DNA of 32,000 nucleotides from Synechocystis sp. PCC 6803 substr. PCC-P (GTDB lineage: Bacteria > Cyanobacteriota > Cyanobacteriia > Cyanobacteriales > Microcystaceae), in contig NC_017039.1 of the NCBI RefSeq assembly GCF_000284455.1, positions 2,040,001 to 2,072,000 of the forward strand, written 5' to 3'. Every line of letters starts with the position of its first letter. Positions within the stretch are counted from its first letter, which is position 1. Below are positions 29,935 through 32,000 of the stretch, piece after piece. The notes below the pieces were generated by a model that worked only from the letters and a program-made list of their open reading frames with translations, was not told where the DNA came from and made no database searches. Position numbers and translations under genes: made by a program.

Positions 29935-30714
29935 ATGGAACACGCCTTAATCGAACTGGATTGGGCCGACATTGGTTGGATGTTGGGACTCCTGGGCGCG
30001 GCGATCGCCCTTTTGCAATGGCAGGGGCTAAATCTGACGGGGCAATTACTGTGGGCCGGGGGACGCACCATTTTGCAACTGATTGTGGTGGGCTATTTTC
30101 TCGCAGTGGTTTTTTCCTTGGATAATCCCTGGGCAGTGTTGCTAGTGTTGGCGATTATGTTAACCATTGCCGCCGTGGTGGCCAGAAATCGCATTAATCC
30201 CCGCAGTAAATCCCTGTTTGGTTGGCTATGGCTTTCCTTGGGGGCCAGTACTGCCATCAGTTTGGGTTACGCCCTGGTGGTGATTATCCAGCCGCCCCAA
30301 TGGTATTCCCCTCAATATCTCATTCCCCTCACTGGCATGATTCTGGGACAAACCATGAACAGCGCTTCCTTAGCCGGTGAAAGATTAGCCAGTGCCATTC
30401 AGCAAAATCCCCGGGAAATTGAAACCCACCTTTGCTTAGGAGCTACCCCCGGCCAGGCGATCGCCAGTTATCGTAGGGCCGCTATCCGAGCCAGTCTGAT
30501 TCCCACTGTGAACCAAATGATGGTGGTGGGCTTGGTCAGTTTGCCGGGAATGTTAACCGGGCAAGTGTTAGCTGGGGGTGATCCCCTCAATGCCTCGGTC
30601 TATCAAATTTTGATTATGTTCTTAATTTTATTGACCAACACCCTTAGTACCATTGCAGTCACCGCCACGGTTTACCGTCAGTATTTCAATCAACATCAAC
30701 AACTTTTAGTGTAA
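29935..30714 (+). CDS. FetB/YbbM-like (UPF0014) ABC transporter permease
   Basis: 259 aa membrane protein with RAAIRASLIPTVNQMMVVGLVSLPGMLTGQVLAGGDPLNASVYQILIMFLIL signature. Confidence 0.88.
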   Translation: MEHALIELDWADIGWMLGLLGAAIALLQWQGLNLTGQLLWAGGRTILQLIVVGYFLAVVFSLDNPWAVLLVLAIMLTIAAVVARNRINPRSKSLFGWLWLSLGASTAISLGYALVVIIQPPQWYSPQYLIPLTGMILGQTMNSASLAGERLASAIQQNPREIETHLCLGATPGQAIASYRRAAIRASLIPTVNQMMVVGLVSLPGMLTGQVLAGGDPLNASVYQILIMFLILLTNTLSTIAVTATVYRQYFNQHQQLLV

Positions 30715-30987
30715 CCACGAATAGCCAGCTTTTTAAAAGCCCAAACCGGGCATCGAAAAATTAACTATTTTGTCTTTTGATCGGTACTAGGTTTTATCCC
30801 CAATTTGGGTCGTCATCATTCAAGGAATCCCCATTGTCCCCTGGGAAATTTTGCTATGATCTGCCTAGCTTTGCAGTCGAAAAACCCCAGTAATGTCTCT
30901 ACTTTTGCTGGTGTTCCCCGGAAGCCCAACGTCTGTTAAGGCTGATTTTTCTGCCGTCATTTCCCACACAAATTTTTTCACCCCTCT

Positions 30988-32000
30988 ATGACCGCTACCC
31001 TCTCCCGGGCCGCTTGGGCCAGCAATTTCAGCCAAAACGCAGTGGAATTTGACCGCACTGGATTGGAGCTGATCTCAGGACAAATTCCGGCGGAATTAAA
31101 GGGGAGTTTGTATCGCAATGGGCCGGGCCGCCTCAGTCGGGGTTCGGAAAAAGTCGGCCATTGGTTTGATGGGGATGGGGCGATTCTGGCGGTGCATTTT
31201 GGCGAAGGGCAAGCCCAAGGACTTTATCGTTACGTGCAAACCCAAGGTTACGCAGAGGAAGAAAAAGCAGGACGTTATCTTTACGGTAACTACGGCATGG
31301 TTGATCCTCAAGGGGTTTGGCATTACTGGAAAAGTTTGTTGACCCAGACCGATGTACTCAAAAATGCTTCTAATACCTCGGTAATGGCTCTGCCCGATCG
31401 CCTATGGACCCTGTGGGAAGCGGGGCATCCCTACGCTTTGGATCTAGAGAATTTAGCTACGTTGGGCACGGAGGATTTTGGCGGGGCTTTTCAACCGGGG
31501 CAACCTTTTTCCGCCCATCCTCTGCGGGATCCGGTCACGGGGGAAATTTTTAGTATTGGGGTGGATTTCCAATTTAACCTCAACCTTTACCGTCTAGACC
31601 GCCAGGGCAACTTGCTCAAGCACCGTCGTTTGAAACTGAGCCGCACTCCCTTCTGCCATAGTTTTTGCATGGCGGGGCGTTATCTGGTCCTGTTTTTACC
31701 CCCTATCACCCTCAATCAATTTTCTTTACTGTTGGGTAATGTGGCCTATGCCGATGCTCTGGGTTGGGATGCCCAAGGGGGAACAAAGATTGTGGTGTTC
31801 GATCGCCAAACGTTGGAAATTGTCAGTAAAGGGGAAACGGAATCCTGGTTCCAATGGCACTACGGCAACGGCTGTGAGTTGGACGATGGCAATGTGCGGC
31901 TCGATTTTGTTCGGTTCAACGATTTCGCCCAAACCAATGAATATTTGCGTGAAGTACCCACCGGAGCGGTGAAAACCTCCACGGATGGTCAACTATGGCA
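30988..32000 (+). CDS. Carotenoid cleavage oxygenase family protein, partial (runs off window end)
   Basis: ATG at 30988, open to the edge: VEFDRTGLELISGQIPAELKGSLYRNGPGRLSRGSEKVGHWFDGDGAILAVHFGEG...LKLSRTPFCHSFCMAGRYLVLFLPP. Conserved RNGP and HWFDGDG motifs. Confidence 0.92.
   Translation, partial: MTATLSRAAWASNFSQNAVEFDRTGLELISGQIPAELKGSLYRNGPGRLSRGSEKVGHWFDGDGAILAVHFGEGQAQGLYRYVQTQGYAEEEKAGRYLYGNYGMVDPQGVWHYWKSLLTQTDVLKNASNTSVMALPDRLWTLWEAGHPYALDLENLATLGTEDFGGAFQPGQPFSAHPLRDPVTGEIFSIGVDFQFNLNLYRLDRQGNLLKHRRLKLSRTPFCHSFCMAGRYLVLFLPPITLNQFSLLLGNVAYADALGWDAQGGTKIVVFDRQTLEIVSKGETESWFQWHYGNGCELDDGNVRLDFVRFNDFAQTNEYLREVPTGAVKTSTDGQLW

Overview
This 32 kb window is ordinary, gene-dense cyanobacterial chromosome. 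From remembered protein families and gene order it closely resembles Synechocystis sp. PCC 6803, but I could not run a search to confirm that. Supported content includes: partial moeB/thiF-like gene, DUF2237 protein, RluA/RluD-type pseudouridine synthase, a minus-strand cluster of pilT-like ATPase + GT4 glycosyltransferase + priming sugar transferase, rpoZ, DUF309 and DUF760 proteins, tRNA-His(GUG), smpB, a five-gene minus-strand glycosyltransferase/methyltransferase cluster (~9.3-20.4 kb), clpB, prk, petH (with the conserved internal start for the small FNR isoform), a HAD phosphatase, a Pitt-like TPR protein, psb27, rnc, a FetB-like permease and a partial carotenoid oxygenase. HIP1 octamers (GCGATCGC) are strongly over-represented. 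I see no CRISPR array, IS element, prophage or recognisable defence island. The best candidate for an uncharacterised system is the five-gene cluster with two very large multi-domain glycosyltransferases. The pilT/priming-transferase linkage and several intergenic palindromes and repeats are secondary leads.
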